From the IMG/VR virus record IMGVR_UViG_3300020312_000068, positions 18,022 through 82,021 of that record: DNA of 64,000 nt; one strand, written 5' to 3'. This DNA is from a virus. Positions within the stretch are counted from its first letter, which is position 1; the number at the start of each line of letters is the position of its first letter. The notes below the pieces were generated by a model. That model had not been told where the DNA came from and did no database searches. It was given only the letters and a program-made list of their open reading frames with translations. The translations under genes were made by a program, and so were the position numbers. Shown here in pieces: positions 31,001-42,913 of this stretch.

Positions 31001-33804
31001 TCAACCATGCTATTAATGTTGGTGATGAGGTTTTATTTGACGACGGTGCTATAACATTCAGTTGTAACTTTGGTGGTGCTTCAGGTGCTGCTGCTCAGAA
31101 GTCATACCCACGTAATACTGACTATGCTAGTGGTAAGTGGTTAAAGGTTCATGCTAAGACTGCTAATACATTTACTGTACAGGTATTAGATACAATACCT
31201 TCTACTAACACTGATGCTCATACATTTGTATCTGGTGTTACTAATGCTATCAATGTAAGAGACCCTCTAAGTGGTAGATTCGTTGAGATCTTTAATGTAA
31301 CACAACATACTTTCGATATTCAAGTCTTAGATACTATTCCTTCTAGCATATCTTCTAATCATACATTTGCTTCTGCTGTATCTAACTCTATTCAGAGAGC
31401 AGAAATTAGAGCGAAGCGTGACAGATCATTCGATCATGCTGTTAATATTTCAGCGGTGTCTGCTACTACTATTACATTAGATGTTGGTATATCTTCTCAT
31501 GTATCTCCACATCAGTTTGTATCTGCTCTAGCTGATAGTATCATTACTGGTGGAAACCATGCTCATAAGTTTAAGAGTGCTTCAGCAGGTGCTGTAATAA
31601 CAGGTGGATCATATAACCACACATTCTTAAGTGCTGATTCTGGTGCTGTCTTGAATGGACAGTGGGGATGTACTCATGTACAGGCTTCTGTAGATACTTT
31701 GATGGATCTAGCATATACCGCTATACATCAGGGTAACTTCAGTGGAATTACAAGAACGGTAGGTCAGTGTGGTGACGGTTATGAAACTGCACCAACTATA
31801 TCTGTAAGTGGTGGTACACCTACTACTGCTGGTACTCTTGTTCCAATATTATCTGACGAAGGATATATCAAGAAGATTGATCTTATCGCAACAGGAGCTG
31901 GATACAACAATGTACCTACTGTAAAGATTACATCTAATACTGGTTCAGGTGCTACTGCCACTGCTGCTGTTGCTGCTGGTGCTCTTACTGGTATTACCGT
32001 AACTGAGGCTGGATTTGGATATGATGATGTAACAGTTGAAATCATTAAGAACGCTGCTGATACTATTACAACTACAGCTACTGCTTTTGCTACTGTTGGA
32101 AGATACTTAGAAAGGATTGATGTACAAACTACAGGTAAAGGATATAATTCTGCCCCTGCTGTATCAATTAGTGGTGGTACACCTGCTACTGCTGCTAGTG
32201 GTGGTCTTAGCAGACTAACTGGAGCAGTAACAGATGTTGCTCTCGTTTCTGGTGGAGATGGATATCAAGATACTGATGTATTAGGTGCTAATGCTGCTGA
32301 TATTGGTGGTACAGTCACAAATTCCTTCCAGGTTGAAGTTGACACAGTAACCTTTAATGGAGTTACTACACAGTTTGCTGCTACTGTTGGTGGTACTGGA
32401 TATAACCTACCTGCTAATGATAGATTCTTATTATTCTTGAACTCTACTATACAGAAGGTTTCTACTTCTTACACATATACAGGCACACCATCTACTATTA
32501 CCTTCTTGGAAGCTCCTAAGGGTAATATGGACTTCTACTGCTTCTATGTTGGACAGTTACAGGATATGGATGATCTTTCACCATACTTTAATGGAACTAG
32601 AAAGACATTTATCCTTAAGAAGAATGATCAACCATTCTCACTTGAATCTGATTCAACAGAAGTTGTAACAGCAAATAATATTGTTATGTTCTTGAATGGA
32701 ATATATCAGGAACCTGAAGTTGCCTTTACTCTTAATGGTTCTATCCTTGAGTTTAGTGAGGCACCTAGATCAGGTACTGACGTATCAATTCTAATCTATA
32801 CTGGATCTAATCTTGATATAGTAACTGAAGATACTTACAACTGTATTGACCCTGGTGATTTACTACAGATTGAGTCCGAGGGAGACATACGTACACTTGC
32901 TACTGTTGCTAGTTCCTCCTCATTAGATACATATGAGTATACAGGACTACGACCAACTGTTGCTGAGTTTACTGCTGTAATTTCTGGTGGTAAGGTCGTT
33001 GACGTGATTATCACTAATCCAGGTTCTAATTATGAAGTTGCTCCATACCTACTATTCAATGGTGGTGGTGGAACTGGTGCTTTCGCACAGACTGAAATAT
33101 CTGTAGGTAGTGGTCAAGTTATAGCGGTAACCAATCTAGAGGGTGGATCCGATTATAATACTGTTCCTTCTGCTACAGCATATCATCCTATAGCACTTGA
33201 AAGAACACAGAGGGATAGGGCAATATCTAATGTCAACTTCTTGTATACAACTCATTTGGATGCTTCTTTAACAGCAACTGATACTACAGTTAATGTTCTT
33301 AATGCTTATTATAATGCTGGAATTGGATTCCCATCCCAGGGTGAGATATTAATTCCATATTGGAATGCTGTTGAATCTGTATGGGGTGCTGAAAGAATCC
33401 TATATGGTTCTGTTGATTACTCAACTAACCAGTTTACAGTTACTACCAATGGTAGAGGACATCAAGATACGGGTCCATCGTTAGGTGTTGGACACGTTAT
33501 CAATGTTGAAACTGGAACTTATTCCTCTGTGATTAAGAGTGGTGATGCTTGGACTAATGGTATCCAGACTTCCTATAAAATGAGTGAGGTTACTGCTACT
33601 ATGGCTGCTAACCACAATCGTGAAACTGGTGAGGAAGTATACATTCAATTCTTATCTGGTACTGTTTCTGGTACAGATTTAGATGGAACTTATAAGATAA
33701 AGAAAACGGGAGCAACGACCTTCACGGTTGAGATCCCAGTAGCACTAGCTGTTAGTGGACAGAATCTACAGATTCTTCCAACAGTTCGTGTCTACACCGT
33801 ATAA
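16057..33804 (+). CDS. gp7: giant baseplate wedge initiator gp7 (5915 aa) with inserted YHYH-like, globin/phycobiliprotein-like and beta-repeat domains
   Basis: [57 protein letters not shown]; lies between gp6 and gp8. Confidence 0.88.
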   Translation: MPVEQSSWKVASWVTPSTQVTGDLIDSTVSPESRSRISDRIEEQIPQFIREDYGDFVTFLKYYYKGLELKGNPVDIVQNIDEYYNIDKLNELVEKTTSSSGITSTTTTIDVANTRDFPSEGLVMIDDEIIYYSSKSQTQLKGCTRGFHATTKVGTLKEFTFTSSIAASHDFGADVINLNNLLPLFLLQRFRDQFSASFPSKFAEGIQQSSVTKRLKDFYAAKGTSRSFKYLIRVLFGVESTIQYPKERIFKPSDAFYTVREVIRATAISGNPVELTGEVLYQANDPNDPNVNDARIYVKSVVEVFTEDGKIYELDVDTENGAGTFTTPYKSILTEDVSSNLDEDVISVDSTIGWPEKNSSFRVNNEIIEYTDKTVTQFLGCTRARQNTTNAPHIAGSEVSSSFEIYGYSNRDQTKISLKVYGGTRGVELVSGGRYYLQDSKVTTPAAPGFDSLDPLWDSFVYNVKKLVNATGAVLDAPNNDGSVVVTISTDQDHFFKRDDIVTILNAPEDVYNSQFRVLGVGSNQSFQILLPSTPIAGVNQTFLCAREFAKSTSSDTSIRTKVENTPSDVQNVYRSSENAIIASPGIPGHEIGPFGAGDLDPGNQRYLKRIPLTTITKSIKTATPVGQVGIGVNGVPFFSYKSENTKLYGGVKSITVINPGDGYDITNPPIVEFEPIWRAGTNFNLNQRIRNSLGYRYKNIGSGKSAELGSEPTHTNANLVQDGSCIWQYEGISAEATVSVSGRVYAINVTNGGSGYTSVPTVSITGGGGTTQASATATVTNGVVNAISVTAEGTGYTSAPTVTITGGGGIDATATAVVRGGLTAEGITITNPGSNYDTRPFVTLISGSGAVAYPSIVNGRIVSIILTFGGSNYYGPPDVVITGDGVGAVAFATIDGSTQTVTSVTVTNGGIGYTAGKTFVNIVYPGSGATFQVELPILTENTAATPEELGVTTNELVAPKTADLNNGVSIKGANYGIYGGEYGYLYNPRRLRFLLGDNVSDNATNSELNPTRHSPILGWAFDGHPIYGPYAYVDRENKNPYNQLTQMRSSYRVKSSRDALITGLTDQMGKYIEDYEYIEGSGDLDQYNGRYCVTPEYPGGVYAYFCTLDGSTGNPKFPYFVGPEFYSQADSINWKGNGLQRNFTEDASRYKRPYIYTDTSIVRRKELGDPVEYVLAMEDATTPLVLESDDGDGTDIEFIGFVDIGIGYYDYFPTIKGGAVDSLFVSATNRYFSSGLDTYLIEGAGFNYKVNDRLIFDETGTGGSGISARISRITGAAVNTLSYSVDSTTDVITGTMGTADAHYIKPGEGIDISIGNNLITRDIKTKVITTNNVDVYHFKYFDLTNFYISSPGRIVQANLTITGGESYTNGTYNGVILTGGSGTNASANITVSGNEVTAVSIQNQGKNYVDGDELTCAATAIGGTGKNFKVDIGNVLKTGGISQGYWTFFAGSGGVPGTYTKVPLKNASTSSGEGAEFTIVVAAGGGVESVTVTKEGSGYYPGEQLDPVDSDIGGCTGFYLTPNAVNQEFTGRGSASHQLSVGDEIVVTGTNPSDYDGTHIVSGYTTERRFQFKKPVGIITDTAIATTTEVFVKEAKLDLINGHQYRFDTTDASNAGKRLEFTFDKENTNVFTYKNVTDVENDPQTGQQQSITISLDDVPGTLFYFDINGINGGAGSYLSVVNDPYLGSNTIVTTPSTTSMTFTLAREPEGNYNTTNTLSYATNSIFPAGGIAAINIGDPGRNYSTIPKFTGVERAGAGATAQCTISGVVEDIAVLEAGVDYNGSNPPVIVCSMPDFLDLTLEQVFGTFTVGDIVISQTTLGTDTARGRVISWDANTSTLRVQPLRNNLQGTANRGFIMFTTGNANTNKIFSSSNQAVIAAIGGTQAQVAAVVPSTGPETGQIQTIAVNNGGSNYRTAPTVYIDDPWYGGVLTVSINSQNTSANFTPGTYTGVTQESVAPTGGDNSEFTIVIDSNQDVASATVTTGGNAYALGDLITINGEKITGGGSADDFVLKVESLTFVRKAVTSTTINASIDEVIVTNSGSGYLSAPEVEISGGTGINASLRAEIIDETVKKVIIENAGTKFQNPPIITIKQNLGTGASILLKSTDLGKVINLGGDNITYNYSHDRTLKPAVNTTYNLQLTRTQIVDFFTVTDGGFSFVTKPTIELVGGGGSGAVLDAVIDNEVIQGIEVINPGKGYSSTPAVQAKMTHSFVPLQSNSTLNFPYNTKIPTGTKVKLVEVDGGLPAPLLENTTYYAVAQTIANGLADNQIKLASTFSDSQGVNPTTITISGVPTIGPGGTSTFNLTTTDLGDSITVTMKPATFSVGEKLYQGTSTDSFSAVGTVKNWDSKGRILSVEIEQGEFLAGQPVFGLQTKAFGEIHEFDRALANFTVSPIATATAEFKRTTGILDLNEQRLYDSDRYQEFSYVVNSPVNVKEWKNQFKTSAHPAGFKVLGTQIISQSTFKRYRRKSYLNLSNPDLAGWWEPREGDEDQSFNGTTYFTPKPSASNSGKLSRIENFFLGKPDYTALVPTNVQISGKQLLDVRKILSAVVDKFDKIQDRTVTFDGSSSSIVSTANNQFTITNHGFITGQKINYSVLSDRYQDARNLIVANIDYIVDTTSDWLEAQYPALTDGTKPDYDKAKCSRDIRFCVVNWTNDLRYGGNSFSWDVVDQYIGGVGVLGNKYADAKFLILKNKQLIAEEALGMMKVDYPAFSVHNGSDQDCYDDIIDVLEAICYNMTYGGNSEVYDGAKYYVDGNHVDSVETEVNVCFNHARDLAIKVMQNYPLTLAHSTQQQFFDSTITFDTDGFIDNKVADARTLILANKNQIAETAVDRMETQYPSHAVTGGRIECEYDIRDFIDVMVENLARGGNDGVWDAANYYVTGGFVIGEEAESAYAFEQAKLITHLVLQNKTVSDMTGQVIDNSITVDPPDDKCTAVQATVTTLYDIVINAITTPLDHQNVTRTAKTGGNRGACSLVESALTTQMAIITTAIANDNMNHVVRTEPANAIYHIAGEETETIAAIQYARDLCKQAVQNLLPNADSTITEDTTPKCTDVQASIDTLAEIIWKGIDNPSSIPERNVGTYPNVRTGAPVAGYTIHGATNAVYLPASGLFTVTVANHGFELGEYVQFEDETFILTCAYDNHATEHKYPRSTDPASGKWLEILQITKNTFTVNVGISTDTSVHKYVSATGVHTFVSGVTNAISDGTSQYTAASGTTYDPATGDMVINIGAHSLTTANTITIANSGIVFTCDKDNHATNHAYPRATDPVSGKTLNISAVAANTITVNVTPATKVRKQIQDSDNYYVIKVDDNNIKLAQSKAYASAGYPVELTGLSTSNQHKLRLRFDGETTDFQTRYRDAAVSPINKNMLMVSINGIIQNPESYSLSGSTITFSEAPKEDSECIIMYYKRNDISTNFQLDQFGDVIATLDTADGLYQGSGYTPGTYSGVSLINKRGNTGTGATGNITVTNVLEGATHNVNNQYADARVLINNNAEIIADIAVGLLNKYGTPTDNRVADGANLILMNKDFIAKEAVERMHNDIPYTIPSSRELDAYNLLQGNREFLAWEAYHLFSTIDYPGYTHAQGYTPQDCVDDVLDIIDAVSFNLVHGANNKVYDAAYFYTGAYESGSVIAGEEQQTLAVIGQLRNLMYKVVTNELVTVGGSHGYTQYTEDTTYIFDGCVTVKNTINTLLTIIETAINTDLMVHVTKTEPTLFVEPTGDSQDCVDDVVDCLEAIAINMKFGGNSEVYDAAKYYVDGAHVAGEEIHTIYAFREANKIAQEVIKQNAVTVQGTHGLTQKYDGGLTRLSGNPCATVCSTVDTLWNIIEVAVNTNSMSTFTRTAPTGFTVPGLGPSQCKADTVDVLQAVGVNIAFGGNHILYDTINMYFVGNHVSGEETETKYVFEEARQMVLKAINNESFDTYDHLNLTDKQQFKDTSITAYSTTQTASFTPTAATYTQANGLLELTIGSHTLTVGSRIQIADGSLKFKCAMDDSITHHAYPRSTDFAFGKSIPITAVTGTTITVNVGSTPQVLFNVTDGSYDPTTGHLDLQIVNTSFTPTAGSYVPSTGLMTLNIGSHSLIKGEHVLLAPGSQIFTCDMDEDSTDHAYPRLTDPVYNKPIKIEDVSGNNIVLDVGKSPQVTHDVTNAQYTPNTGIMNLTIGNHLLKVGQTVKLSGLTFQCNQDQYSGDHVYPRSTIETHTATNASFNTQTGIVTITVNFHGMRDGDWVKLDDGALTFTCTQGGGTHAYPRPSDPISGKWVQVSNTTATTFDIQCLENVPCTNATVHSFHTAATDGIKQKKDRAYNNAVEILAVTDTTINVNVGISSNTTTHRWKPGFTATAGVISGGDHTHTWKSSKANSVILPHGFRPQRILTVETAAYNPTTGIMTLTVPDHNLTSTDEIKIKDDSLSFTCTHGAGTKTYPRASDPVSQKWITVGNITRDTFTVQVLDSTPSTNVTAHTFVSALADGITVKGQTIKLADGSITMTCDMDDHFTDHAYPRTGTITHTVTDASYNPTTGILTSTINDHGMVSGDFVKFADDSLTFTCTEGAGNHTYPRSTDPVSGAWLEISNVTSNTFDVQVLDALPSTNTTVHTFVSATSGGVTQKIDRAYDTALQIVEATPDRITLDVGKTPTVTHTPTAATYNAAAGTMEVTIGAHKLRTGTTVKMLEGAVTFTCDEDADASNHAYPRSIVDGHQASAVAYNPTTGVMSVTSNGHGLRNGDWIKLAKDSFKFTCTHGDSGNHTYPRVTDPFYDKWIQVSNASNNAFDVQVLATQPSTNTTTHTWVSPTGMTPTDASYSGTTGIMTLTVSGHGMENGDMVKLDDGAITFKCDYGSGVHTWQGGVANNAVSDNLGQQYNVSNADYNPTLGTLVLTIGSHSLTTSNTVQIVSGSLTFSCDADSHATNHTYPRATDPANGATLAITDVDVTTITVNVGLAEGSGTAYPRGTRAEYTAAGGSTYDPATGLMVVTTTVNHAINVGDEVLFDDGAITFSCNFGGASGAAAQKSYPRNTDYASGKWLKVHAKTANTFTVQVLDTIPSTNTDAHTFVSGVTNAINVRDPLSGRFVEIFNVTQHTFDIQVLDTIPSSISSNHTFASAVSNSIQRAEIRAKRDRSFDHAVNISAVSATTITLDVGISSHVSPHQFVSALADSIITGGNHAHKFKSASAGAVITGGSYNHTFLSADSGAVLNGQWGCTHVQASVDTLMDLAYTAIHQGNFSGITRTVGQCGDGYETAPTISVSGGTPTTAGTLVPILSDEGYIKKIDLIATGAGYNNVPTVKITSNTGSGATATAAVAAGALTGITVTEAGFGYDDVTVEIIKNAADTITTTATAFATVGRYLERIDVQTTGKGYNSAPAVSISGGTPATAASGGLSRLTGAVTDVALVSGGDGYQDTDVLGANAADIGGTVTNSFQVEVDTVTFNGVTTQFAATVGGTGYNLPANDRFLLFLNSTIQKVSTSYTYTGTPSTITFLEAPKGNMDFYCFYVGQLQDMDDLSPYFNGTRKTFILKKNDQPFSLESDSTEVVTANNIVMFLNGIYQEPEVAFTLNGSILEFSEAPRSGTDVSILIYTGSNLDIVTEDTYNCIDPGDLLQIESEGDIRTLATVASSSSLDTYEYTGLRPTVAEFTAVISGGKVVDVIITNPGSNYEVAPYLLFNGGGGTGAFAQTEISVGSGQVIAVTNLEGGSDYNTVPSATAYHPIALERTQRDRAISNVNFLYTTHLDASLTATDTTVNVLNAYYNAGIGFPSQGEILIPYWNAVESVWGAERILYGSVDYSTNQFTVTTNGRGHQDTGPSLGVGHVINVETGTYSSVIKSGDAWTNGIQTSYKMSEVTATMAANHNRETGEEVYIQFLSGTVSGTDLDGTYKIKKTGATTFTVEIPVALAVSGQNLQILPTVRVYTV
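23866..27840 (+). repeat. helical repeat domains (DA.xLI..N...C.xD...GGN...GEE...C..V), 6 copies in gp7
   Basis: Clusters at 23866-25290 and 26521-27840; the last closing helix is at about 31663-31740. Confidence 0.85.
25370..31660 (+). repeat. beta repeat (Y.P.TG...HG...TFTC..H..YPR.TDP...HTFVSA), 14 YPR copies in gp7
   Basis: Counted from the translation. Confidence 0.88.
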
Positions 33805-33807
33805 ATA
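33800..33807 (+). promoter_or_regulatory. T4 late promoter
   Basis: TATAAATA upstream of gp8. Confidence 0.75.
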
Positions 33808-33827
33808 ACCTATAAAGCCCTTGTCTG

Positions 33828-35351
33828 ATGGCACTTGTAACCGACAAATTTAGAATTTACGCAGCCGAGGCGTTTAGAAACACTCTCGGTAGCACTGGTT
33901 CGGACGCAAACAAAGTTTATTTGTTTGTTGGTCGTCCGAAAGCTTGGGGTAATCCTGATTCCCCACCTACTAATGAGCCTATTGACTCATTCACATATCA
34001 TAGACAGACGTATGGTGATTCGGTTGCTTTTAAGCGAGTAGATATTACTGATACTTCTCTCGTTGTACCTAGAGTAGATTGGATTGATCCCACTGAAACA
34101 ACTGGTGGTACTGGACGTACATATTCTATGTACAAACCAGATTACAGTCCTGCTAAGACTACTGCCAATGGTGCTACTCGTCTATATGATTCAAACTTCT
34201 ATGTGATGAACTCTGACTTCAACGTGTACAAATGCTTGTACAATGGTCAGTCTCCCACATACCCTAGAGGAAGACCCTCACTGATTCAACCAACAGGAAC
34301 ATCAACCACAGTTATTGAAACCAACGACTCATCTGAGTATAAGTATCGTTGGAAGTATATGTATACTATTGACGCTGATAATATTCTAAAATTCGTTACT
34401 ACAGAGTTTATTCCTGTAATTGAGAATTCTCTAGTACAAGCTGCTGCTGGTGCTGGATCTATTGATACTGTTGTTATTGAAAATGCTGGTCAGGGTTATA
34501 ACAATGATACCTACACTAACGTACCTATTCGTGGTGACTGGTCAATCAATGGTGGAACTCAAGCATATGCTTCTGTTACGGTAGAGTCTGGATCTGTAAC
34601 TAACGTTACTGTTACTAACTCTGGATCTAAGTATAGTTTCGGTACTATTGATGTTGGATTAATCCCTAACATTGGAGCTGGTGGATCGGGTGCTGACCTT
34701 GATGTCATTATCCCTCCTAATGGTGGACATGGTGCAGATGTTATCAGAGAGATTGGTGCTTACCGTCTTATGTTTGCTTCCAAACTAGAGACATCTACTG
34801 CTTTCGTTGACTTCCCAACTGACCTTACATTCCGTAGAGTTGGTTTGGTACTTAATCCATATGATTATAAAACTACTACAATATCTGATCAGAATACAAG
34901 ATCTGCTATTAAAGCAATGATCTTCCCTCAGTCTGGTACTGGTATGCCTAGTGGAACCTTTACTGCTGGTACTACTATCACACAGAATACCACAAATGCT
35001 AAGGGATATATTGTTTCTTATGATTCGACTACGAAAGTATTGCGTTATTATCAAGATTCAACTGATGGATTAACTTCTGGAAATATTGTTGAGTTCAGTG
35101 GTAACTATGAGATTACCTCATCAAACCTTATAACTGCTACTCCTAACCAGACATTTGGTACATCACAAAACCCAGTTACACAGATCACTATTGGTGTATC
35201 TGTATACGAACTAGGTCTTTCATTTGTTGAAGGATATGCTAACGGAGAGGTTGAAATCAACTCTGGAGAAATCCTCTACATAGACAATAGGAACCCAATA
35301 ACCCGATCTGCGGATCAGAACGAAGAGCTCAAAGTAGTAATTGAATTCTAA
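33828..35351 (+). CDS. gp8: baseplate wedge subunit gp8
   Basis: YLFVGRP.AW, VVPRVDW, FYVMNSDFNVYKCLYN, YRWKYMYTI, SGEILYIDNR.PITRS.DQ.E..K.VIEF. Confidence 0.92.
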   Translation: MALVTDKFRIYAAEAFRNTLGSTGSDANKVYLFVGRPKAWGNPDSPPTNEPIDSFTYHRQTYGDSVAFKRVDITDTSLVVPRVDWIDPTETTGGTGRTYSMYKPDYSPAKTTANGATRLYDSNFYVMNSDFNVYKCLYNGQSPTYPRGRPSLIQPTGTSTTVIETNDSSEYKYRWKYMYTIDADNILKFVTTEFIPVIENSLVQAAAGAGSIDTVVIENAGQGYNNDTYTNVPIRGDWSINGGTQAYASVTVESGSVTNVTVTNSGSKYSFGTIDVGLIPNIGAGGSGADLDVIIPPNGGHGADVIREIGAYRLMFASKLETSTAFVDFPTDLTFRRVGLVLNPYDYKTTTISDQNTRSAIKAMIFPQSGTGMPSGTFTAGTTITQNTTNAKGYIVSYDSTTKVLRYYQDSTDGLTSGNIVEFSGNYEITSSNLITATPNQTFGTSQNPVTQITIGVSVYELGLSFVEGYANGEVEINSGEILYIDNRNPITRSADQNEELKVVIEF

Positions 35352-38300
35352 ATGGCACAGAATACGAATCTAAACATATCTCCCTATTTTGACGACTTTG
35401 ATGACGACAAAGGGTTTTTAAAGGTATTGTTTAAGCCTGGATTTCCAGTACAGGCAAGAGAACTAACTACACTCCAATCACTCCTACAGAACCAGATAGA
35501 CACGTTTGGTCAAGGTGTGTATAAAGAGGGTAGTATGGTGGTACCTGGTGGTACTACACTTAATAGGAATTATCCTGTTGTTTTAGTTCAGAATAACTAT
35601 CTGAACCTACCTTTAGAATTGTATAGAGATTCACTTAACGGCAAGGTTGTGAAGGGTGCCACTTCAAACATCCGTGCTAGAGTTAATTTTTCAATCAGTT
35701 CTACAGAGTCAACTCGTGGATATGTTTCATTCTATATTACCTATCTAACTAAAGCAGATGATAATGTAACCAGTGTATTCCAAGCTGGTGAGATATTAAC
35801 TTGTGAGGAAGATATTACTTATAGTACCTCTACTATTGTTGCTGGTACTCCCCTTGCTCAACTATTAAACTCTAATAGTACTGCTGTTGGTTCTACTGCC
35901 AACATTGGTAAAGGTGTTTACTTTGTTCGTGGATACTTTGTACCTGTAGCAGAGCAGACTTTAATACTTGATCAATATTCTAATACTCCATCTTATAAGG
36001 TTGGACTTAAGGTAGAAGAGAGAATTATAACTGCTGATGAGGATGCTACCCTATATGACAATGCTATAGGTAGCACAAACTTCTCAGCACCAGGTGCAGA
36101 TAGATTTAAAATCAACCTAACCCTAGTTAAGAAAGCACTTGCTGATCCTAACTCTGCTGACTTTATTGAACTCTTACGTACTAACGTTGGTAAGATTGAG
36201 AAGAAAGTTGAGCGTAGTGATCTTGGGTTTATTAATGATATACTTGCCACTAGAACTAAAGAAGAGTCTGGTGACTATTATGTCAAGAGATTTAGTGTTG
36301 ACGTAAGGGAGAACCTTAACGACGCATTTAATAATGGGGTCTTTACCAGTGATCAGACCACACAGGATGGTGCTACACCTACTGAGGATAAGCTTGCTGT
36401 ACAAGTCTCTCCAGGTACTGCTTATGTTTCTGGTTATAGAACAGAGAAACTAGCAAATACATTTAAGGATTCGGACAAGCCCCGCACATTTACTGCTGCT
36501 GATTCACAGTCTATTACTTCAGACTTTGGTAACTATGTTCTGATTAGTAATCTGTTCGGTGGTGTTCAATTATATGATACTGTTAGTTTACATAATGAGA
36601 AGATTGCTACTGGTGGTAACGCAAATGGTGACACCATAGGACAAGCAAGAGTTTTTGGATTCTCATTTGAGAGTGGTGCTAGAGATACTACTGCTACAAA
36701 ATATCAACTTGCTTTAGCAGATGTTGATCTGTTTACAACTGTTACTATTGGTAGTACTGCTATAGTAGGAGATAAGAAGTATGTTGGTATGACATCTGGT
36801 GCTACTGGATATTCTAGGACCAATGGTACTGTTACTTCTGTTACCTTTGAACAGGTGACTGGTAACTTCGCAGTTAATGAGACTATTGCTTTAGAAGAGA
36901 ATCCTACTGCCAGTATTGCTACTATCAGTGCTGTTACTTCTTATCAGTTTACTGACTGTAAGTCATTCTATAAGGCTGGATTTACTGCTGATATAGATTT
37001 AGATCTTAGATCAACTGTAGCTGCTAATGCTCCTGTATTAAGCAGTACATCTGGTAACGCAACTGCTACTTTAACTGCTAGTCTATCTAATTTCTCAGCA
37101 CAGTTGAGGAAGAATGATGTACTTGCTATCAGTAACAATAACTTGTCACATCAGGTTAGAGTCACTAGCATAACAAATGCTGGTGAGATCGCTATTGAAA
37201 GGATCACCTCAAATAATTTAAACGATGGAGCAATCAGTGGAAACATCACATTACTCAGACCACAAATTAGGGAAGCTCAAAAGAGAACACTTATATCGGC
37301 AATTCCGAAAGCTGCCGTTAAGTCTACTTCCACTAACAGCTCTGGTAGTTCTGTTGCCCCTCTCGGATACTTCAGAAAGTCCTATTCAGTATCCGTTACT
37401 GGAGGAGCATTCTCCCTCTCTGCAGGATCTAATCTTACCTTCAGAGATCCCACAGATGGAGATGACTTCCAAGTCATTGCCACTGCTGGAACCAATGCGG
37501 GTACCTCTTACACCGTAGGTAATGGTATAGCAACCACTTCTAACCCAGGTGATGCTAGTGCTTCTATCACTGGATTAAATGCTGGTACTTCAGCTGCTAT
37601 TGTTATAGCAACTGTATACTCAAGTAATAGAACTGCGAAAGCAAAGACTACTGAGCGTATGAAGGTGCTTAGAGTCGATCATACTTATGGTGCTAGTGCT
37701 AATGGTTTAACACAAACTACTGCTGGTTATGGACATAGATTAGAAGATAAGTTTATATCTCTTGGATGTGCTGATGTATTCTCACTGAAGGCTGTATATG
37801 AGTCATCTAATTCTGATGATCCTGTAATACCTAACTGTGGTTATAGTAACCTTATAGGTAATTTTGCGATAGGTGATATATTAACAGGTGCTGAATCTGG
37901 TGCTAAAGCACAGATCGTATCATTTGATAGTACCACAGTGTACTATGTAATGTTGAATAAGAATGCTTTCTCTGGAGAGGAAGGTATATCTACTCCTGAT
38001 GCTAGTGGTAAGATTACTCTTGGAACCATTAAAACTGGTAGTGCTAATATCACATCATCGTTTGACTTAGATAATGGTCAAAGAGAACAGTATTATGATT
38101 ATTCTAGACTTGTAAGGAAGTCTGGTTATGCTGCTCCTACACGTAGAATCTTAGTTATCTTCGATAGATTCTCCACAACTTCTGGAGATGGATTCTATAG
38201 TGTTGATTCCTATTCTTCTGATGATTATAAAGAAATACCTACCTTTGGTACAATTCCATTAAGAAACGGTTTAGACTTCCGTCCAATGGTTCCTGCTGCC

Positions 38301-41300
38301 ATCTCAGGGTCAGGTACAAGGCTATCACCATTCTTACATTCTTCTAATGATTATTTTGGTTTCAGTACTAGAGCATTCACTGGTAACCTTGTAGGTCTAC
38401 CAGGACAGGCAGATACCACTATTCTTTCCTATGAGTATTACCTAGGTAGAATAGACAAACTTAGCATGAATAAAGATAATAAGATTATCATTGCTAAGGG
38501 TGAACCATCTGAGACTCCTGTCGAACCATCTGATCCAGAAGACGCTATGCTTCTGGCAACTATTACTATTCAACCTTATGTCTTTGATATTGATGAAGAT
38601 GTCACTATCACACAGACAAACTTTAAGAGATATACATTTAGAGATATTCAACAGCTTGAGCACAGAATCAAGACTCTTGAATACTATACACAGTTATCAC
38701 TACTAGAAGCTGAGACTGCTACCTTTGCTGTTAGAGATAGCAATGGTATGGATAGATTTAAGAATGGATTTATCGTTGATAACTTTGCGTCACTAGCAAC
38801 CAGTGATACATTCCACCCTGACTATAGAGTATCAGTTGACTTTGATGAGGGTCATTTACGTCCTTCCCACTATACAACTAACCTTCCTCTGATTGTTAGT
38901 TCCACCTCTACTAATATTCAACAAACAGGTGATCTAGTAACACTACCATATACTGACTTAGTATTGGTTGATCAACCTTATGCTTCTGCTTTAGAGAATG
39001 TAAACCCATTCAACGTCTTTACTTTCATTGGAGATATTAAATTAACTCCAGAAACTGATGACTGGGTAGACACTAAGACACTCGCTGCTATCCAAGGACC
39101 AGTTGTAGAAGGTAACTACATGACAACTGTTAGAGAGTTTGGTGCTGATCAGAATGGTCTAACACCTATTCAGTGGGGTTCATGGCAGACAACATGGTCT
39201 GGTACTGTATGGCAGACACGTCAAGTCACAACAGGTAAAGGTAAGAACAGACGTACCAGAACTGAGAGATTCTCAAGAGTTAGAACAGATCAGTCAAGAA
39301 CTGGTATTCGCCATAGTATTACACCTATTATTGAACAACAGAGTCTTGGTAACAGGATTGTATCTGTTGAGCATATTCAAAATATGCGTTCTAGGAACAT
39401 TGAATTTAAGGGTGAGAAACTCAAGCCAAGGACACGTTTCTATGCTTTCTTTGATGGTGTAGATGTTAAGGCATATATCACTCCTAAACTTCTTGAGGTA
39501 ACTAAGAATCCTAATGATGATTCTGATACTAACTCAACTCCTTTCCAGGTTGGTGAGACAGTTAAAGGTCTTACATCTGGATGTACACTAAGAATTTTGG
39601 AACCTAACCATGAGCACAATACAAACCCATACACAGGTACAAGTATTTCCTCAGTTTCAGATTACACTGCCAACCTGGCATGGATTAATCTTGACACTAA
39701 CGCTCTCGCTGCTCAAGCTCTCGGAGCTTATTCTGGCAACCCAATCCCTAATGAGATCTTGGTTGGACAGTCTTCAGGTGCTCGTGCGAAAGTTAAAGAG
39801 AGAAGATTAATTACAGATGGTGCTGGATTCCTGAAGGGAACATTCTTTATACCAGAACCTAACGTATCTACTAATCCTAAGTTTAAGACTGGTACACGTA
39901 TCTTCCGTCTATCTGATACAACTAATGATTCACAAGTACAAGGTGAATCAGAGTCTAGTGCTCAGACAGAATACTCTGCTACTGGTATTCTCCAGACTCA
40001 GCAGGAAACTATTATTTCTGTACGTAATGCTCAAGTTGATGAGCAGAGATTTACACAGAACAGAACCTTATGGTCTGACCCTCTTGCTCAAACATTCTTG
40101 ATTCAAGATGAGGACTTAGAAGGTGGTGTATTCTTAACTAAGATCGATCTATTCTTCCAACAGAAGGATTCTGAGATCCCAGTTGCTATTGATATTCGTA
40201 CCGTAGAAAATGGTACCCCAACACAGGTAATCGTTCCATTCTCTAAGGTAATCAAGAAGGCAGCTGACGTAGTTACATCAGCAGATGCTTCTACACCAAC
40301 AACATTTGTATTTGAGTCTCCAGTATTCATAGGACATCAACAGGAACATGCTATTGTTGTCACATCTGACTCAAACCAATATAAAGTATTCATCTCACTT
40401 CTAGGTGAAGATGCTATTGATGCTGCTCACGCAGGAGAGAAGATCTCTGAGCAGCCATATATCGGTGTTCTATTCAAATCACAGAACGCTTCTACTTGGA
40501 CACCATCTCAGTTTGAAGACTTGATGTTCAAGATCTATAGAGCAGACTTTACTCTACCTACTACTCTTGCTCAGTCTAAGTTGATTCTTAACAACGCAAC
40601 ACTGGAAGAGAATAATGGTGGATTTGTAAGTGCTCTACCAAACGCCTTTGCCACAACTGATGATCAGGCATATGTTGATGTCTTCCATAGCAATCATGGT
40701 ATGCAATCATCTGCTAACTATGTTGTTGTAGATGGTGTTAAATCTGAAGTTGGTGATACCACACTTAAAGTTGCTCTTGCTGCTTCAGGTGTATCACAGA
40801 TAACAGTACAGAATGCTGCTAACTTCCATCTTTGTATAGGTGGTAACGCAACACAAGCTGCTAGTTTAAATTCAGGAAATACTGGACCAGGTAATGCTGC
40901 TCCTGCTGTTTCCAATACAAACCCAGGCTTTGTTAAGATCGGTGATGAAATTATAGCTTATGAGCATATCAATACAGGTTCTCCTGATTGGATTATTGAT
41001 ATCTTAGGACATAATGCTGCTTCTGTAAGTGGTAGAAATTGGGATCCTGTTACTAATTCAGGTTCTGCTACAGGTACTGCTCATCTTATAGAGGCTACCG
41101 TAGAGTGTTATAACCTTGCTGGTATACCTCTGACAAAGATTAACGGTACACATCATACATCTACATTTGGTGGTCTGACTTCTTTAAATAGTCCACACAA
41201 ATATAGACTAAACATTACTGGAGTTAAAGCACATAAAACAATCAGTGCTGGAGGGGATGGTGTAACCATTTCCCAAAACATACCTTGGGATGTGCTAACT

Positions 41301-42017
41301 CCACAAATACAAACTCAGACACAACCTGGCTGTAGCATTAGTGCTAGAGCATTGGGTACAAGTGGAACCTCATGTGGTCCATTCCCATCAGGATATACTG
41401 CTGAGACATCATTCGTTAAGGATACAACATTCAGAGATATTACTTTGAATGATATCAATTACTTCCTTGCTACTAAGGTCATTGCTTCTAAGCAAAATGA
41501 AATTAGCAATATGTCTGGAGGTAAATCACTTGACGTAGAATTAAACTTCTTCTCTGACGCAAGTCACTTATCACCTGTTGTTGATACTCAGAGAATGAGT
41601 GTCACTACCACTGCTAACCTCATCAACAACTGGACTCCTTCTGCTGGAGTAGGTGATGAGAATGCTGCTATATACATCACTAGACTCGCTAGACTTGATA
41701 ACTCAGCTACGGGTGTTAAGGTTGCGTTGGCAGCAAACAACTTTGAATTCTCTAATCTCTGCTTAATGTATAAGTTAGTACCTGTAGGTTACACTGGAGA
41801 TACTGATGATTTGAATTTTGAATATTTCAATACTACTGGTATACCTGACAGTGGAGACATGGTTCCTCAAAATGATCCATTTGTCTGGACAGATTATGAG
41901 TTTACCGTTGAAGATGCTCCTGCTTATGATGGATTCCAACTTAAAATCGTACTTAGAAATTACAATCAACCGTACATCCCAAGAGTCAAAGATTTAAGAA
42001 TCATTGCATTGGCATAA
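35352..42017 (+). CDS. large virion structural protein (VrlC/DUF4815-like)
   Basis: NLNISPYFDDF, LFKPGFPVQARELTTLQS, APGADR, RTKEESGDY, DPLAQTF. Confidence 0.88.
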   Translation: MAQNTNLNISPYFDDFDDDKGFLKVLFKPGFPVQARELTTLQSLLQNQIDTFGQGVYKEGSMVVPGGTTLNRNYPVVLVQNNYLNLPLELYRDSLNGKVVKGATSNIRARVNFSISSTESTRGYVSFYITYLTKADDNVTSVFQAGEILTCEEDITYSTSTIVAGTPLAQLLNSNSTAVGSTANIGKGVYFVRGYFVPVAEQTLILDQYSNTPSYKVGLKVEERIITADEDATLYDNAIGSTNFSAPGADRFKINLTLVKKALADPNSADFIELLRTNVGKIEKKVERSDLGFINDILATRTKEESGDYYVKRFSVDVRENLNDAFNNGVFTSDQTTQDGATPTEDKLAVQVSPGTAYVSGYRTEKLANTFKDSDKPRTFTAADSQSITSDFGNYVLISNLFGGVQLYDTVSLHNEKIATGGNANGDTIGQARVFGFSFESGARDTTATKYQLALADVDLFTTVTIGSTAIVGDKKYVGMTSGATGYSRTNGTVTSVTFEQVTGNFAVNETIALEENPTASIATISAVTSYQFTDCKSFYKAGFTADIDLDLRSTVAANAPVLSSTSGNATATLTASLSNFSAQLRKNDVLAISNNNLSHQVRVTSITNAGEIAIERITSNNLNDGAISGNITLLRPQIREAQKRTLISAIPKAAVKSTSTNSSGSSVAPLGYFRKSYSVSVTGGAFSLSAGSNLTFRDPTDGDDFQVIATAGTNAGTSYTVGNGIATTSNPGDASASITGLNAGTSAAIVIATVYSSNRTAKAKTTERMKVLRVDHTYGASANGLTQTTAGYGHRLEDKFISLGCADVFSLKAVYESSNSDDPVIPNCGYSNLIGNFAIGDILTGAESGAKAQIVSFDSTTVYYVMLNKNAFSGEEGISTPDASGKITLGTIKTGSANITSSFDLDNGQREQYYDYSRLVRKSGYAAPTRRILVIFDRFSTTSGDGFYSVDSYSSDDYKEIPTFGTIPLRNGLDFRPMVPAAISGSGTRLSPFLHSSNDYFGFSTRAFTGNLVGLPGQADTTILSYEYYLGRIDKLSMNKDNKIIIAKGEPSETPVEPSDPEDAMLLATITIQPYVFDIDEDVTITQTNFKRYTFRDIQQLEHRIKTLEYYTQLSLLEAETATFAVRDSNGMDRFKNGFIVDNFASLATSDTFHPDYRVSVDFDEGHLRPSHYTTNLPLIVSSTSTNIQQTGDLVTLPYTDLVLVDQPYASALENVNPFNVFTFIGDIKLTPETDDWVDTKTLAAIQGPVVEGNYMTTVREFGADQNGLTPIQWGSWQTTWSGTVWQTRQVTTGKGKNRRTRTERFSRVRTDQSRTGIRHSITPIIEQQSLGNRIVSVEHIQNMRSRNIEFKGEKLKPRTRFYAFFDGVDVKAYITPKLLEVTKNPNDDSDTNSTPFQVGETVKGLTSGCTLRILEPNHEHNTNPYTGTSISSVSDYTANLAWINLDTNALAAQALGAYSGNPIPNEILVGQSSGARAKVKERRLITDGAGFLKGTFFIPEPNVSTNPKFKTGTRIFRLSDTTNDSQVQGESESSAQTEYSATGILQTQQETIISVRNAQVDEQRFTQNRTLWSDPLAQTFLIQDEDLEGGVFLTKIDLFFQQKDSEIPVAIDIRTVENGTPTQVIVPFSKVIKKAADVVTSADASTPTTFVFESPVFIGHQQEHAIVVTSDSNQYKVFISLLGEDAIDAAHAGEKISEQPYIGVLFKSQNASTWTPSQFEDLMFKIYRADFTLPTTLAQSKLILNNATLEENNGGFVSALPNAFATTDDQAYVDVFHSNHGMQSSANYVVVDGVKSEVGDTTLKVALAASGVSQITVQNAANFHLCIGGNATQAASLNSGNTGPGNAAPAVSNTNPGFVKIGDEIIAYEHINTGSPDWIIDILGHNAASVSGRNWDPVTNSGSATGTAHLIEATVECYNLAGIPLTKINGTHHTSTFGGLTSLNSPHKYRLNITGVKAHKTISAGGDGVTISQNIPWDVLTPQIQTQTQPGCSISARALGTSGTSCGPFPSGYTAETSFVKDTTFRDITLNDINYFLATKVIASKQNEISNMSGGKSLDVELNFFSDASHLSPVVDTQRMSVTTTANLINNWTPSAGVGDENAAIYITRLARLDNSATGVKVALAANNFEFSNLCLMYKLVPVGYTGDTDDLNFEYFNTTGIPDSGDMVPQNDPFVWTDYEFTVEDAPAYDGFQLKIVLRNYNQPYIPRVKDLRIIALA

Positions 42018-42316
42018 TGGAAGATTTTGAAGCATACGCAAGGTCACGAGAGAAGGAAATTCTCACAAAGAAGGATGATAGGGGTGAAATAGACCCTCGT
42101 GACGAGAAAGGTTTAATTAAAGTAGAGGATCATAAGAATCTAGGAAGAGATCCAAATTCCAACGCTATCATTAATACTGATAGTGCTGGTTATCTTGCTT
42201 ATGTAAAAGCAAGGGAACGAGCTCGCTTAAAAGATAAGTCTGTTATGGACCTGAAGGACGAGATTACGGAACTCAAGGATATGCTTAAGGTTCTAGTAGA
42301 AAACAGTAATAAATAA
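42017..42316 (+). CDS. small coiled-coil protein
   Basis: IKVEDHKNLGRDPNSNAIIN..LKDEITELKDML. Confidence 0.8.
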   Translation: MEDFEAYARSREKEILTKKDDRGEIDPRDEKGLIKVEDHKNLGRDPNSNAIINTDSAGYLAYVKARERARLKDKSVMDLKDEITELKDMLKVLVENSNK

Positions 42317-42322
42317 CATTGA

Positions 42323-42330
42323 GATAAATA
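42323..42330 (+). promoter_or_regulatory. T4-type late promoter
   Basis: GATAAATA (a second ATAAATA at 42309-42315). Confidence 0.65.
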
Positions 42331-42353
42331 CTCTTTAGGGAAAATTCTAGAGC

Positions 42354-42692
42354 ATGGCATCAGCTGTATCCAATCTATTGATTTACCAAGGTGCCGATTT
42401 CAACATCGACTTCTCAGTCGAGAACGATAACGGTACTGAATTTGATATGACGGGGTACTCAGCAGCGTGTAAGATCAAGAAGCATTACACAAGTAGTACT
42501 TCTACAACAGTTTCAACTGCTATCTTAACACCTGTTACCGCTGGACGCATCCAACTTTCTCTATCAGCTGCTCAGACTACCGCTATGAAGTCAGGCAGAT
42601 ATGTTTATGATGTTGTTATAACAGCAGCTTCTGGGTTAAAGACCAGAGTGCTTGAAGGTACAGTTAGTGTTCTGGAGGGGGTCACACTCTAA
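42354..42692 (+). CDS. virion structural protein (BppU-N-like Ig fold)
   Basis: IYQGADF...GRIQLSLSAAQT...GRYVYDV...RVLEGTV. Confidence 0.8.
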   Translation: MASAVSNLLIYQGADFNIDFSVENDNGTEFDMTGYSAACKIKKHYTSSTSTTVSTAILTPVTAGRIQLSLSAAQTTAMKSGRYVYDVVITAASGLKTRVLEGTVSVLEGVTL

Positions 42693-42913
42693 TGGCAAGA
42701 TTAAGATTTGGAGATCAATCAGTTCCAAGAGTTACACGAGTCGCCACTGGTGGTGGCGGTGGAACAGTTGGTGCTTTGGCCGACGTTGACCTGACAGATA
42801 CAAGTGAAGGCGGTTTACAGAATGGTGGAGTATTGGTATACAACTCCTCAAAAGCAAAATTTATACCAACAAATGTGCTAAACAACATCACAGTTAATGG
42901 GGGAACATTCTGA
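42692..42913 (+). CDS. small fibre-associated protein
   Basis: LADVD...NGGVLVYNSS...INGGTF-type end. Confidence 0.75.
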   Translation: MARLRFGDQSVPRVTRVATGGGGGTVGALADVDLTDTSEGGLQNGGVLVYNSSKAKFIPTNVLNNITVNGGTF

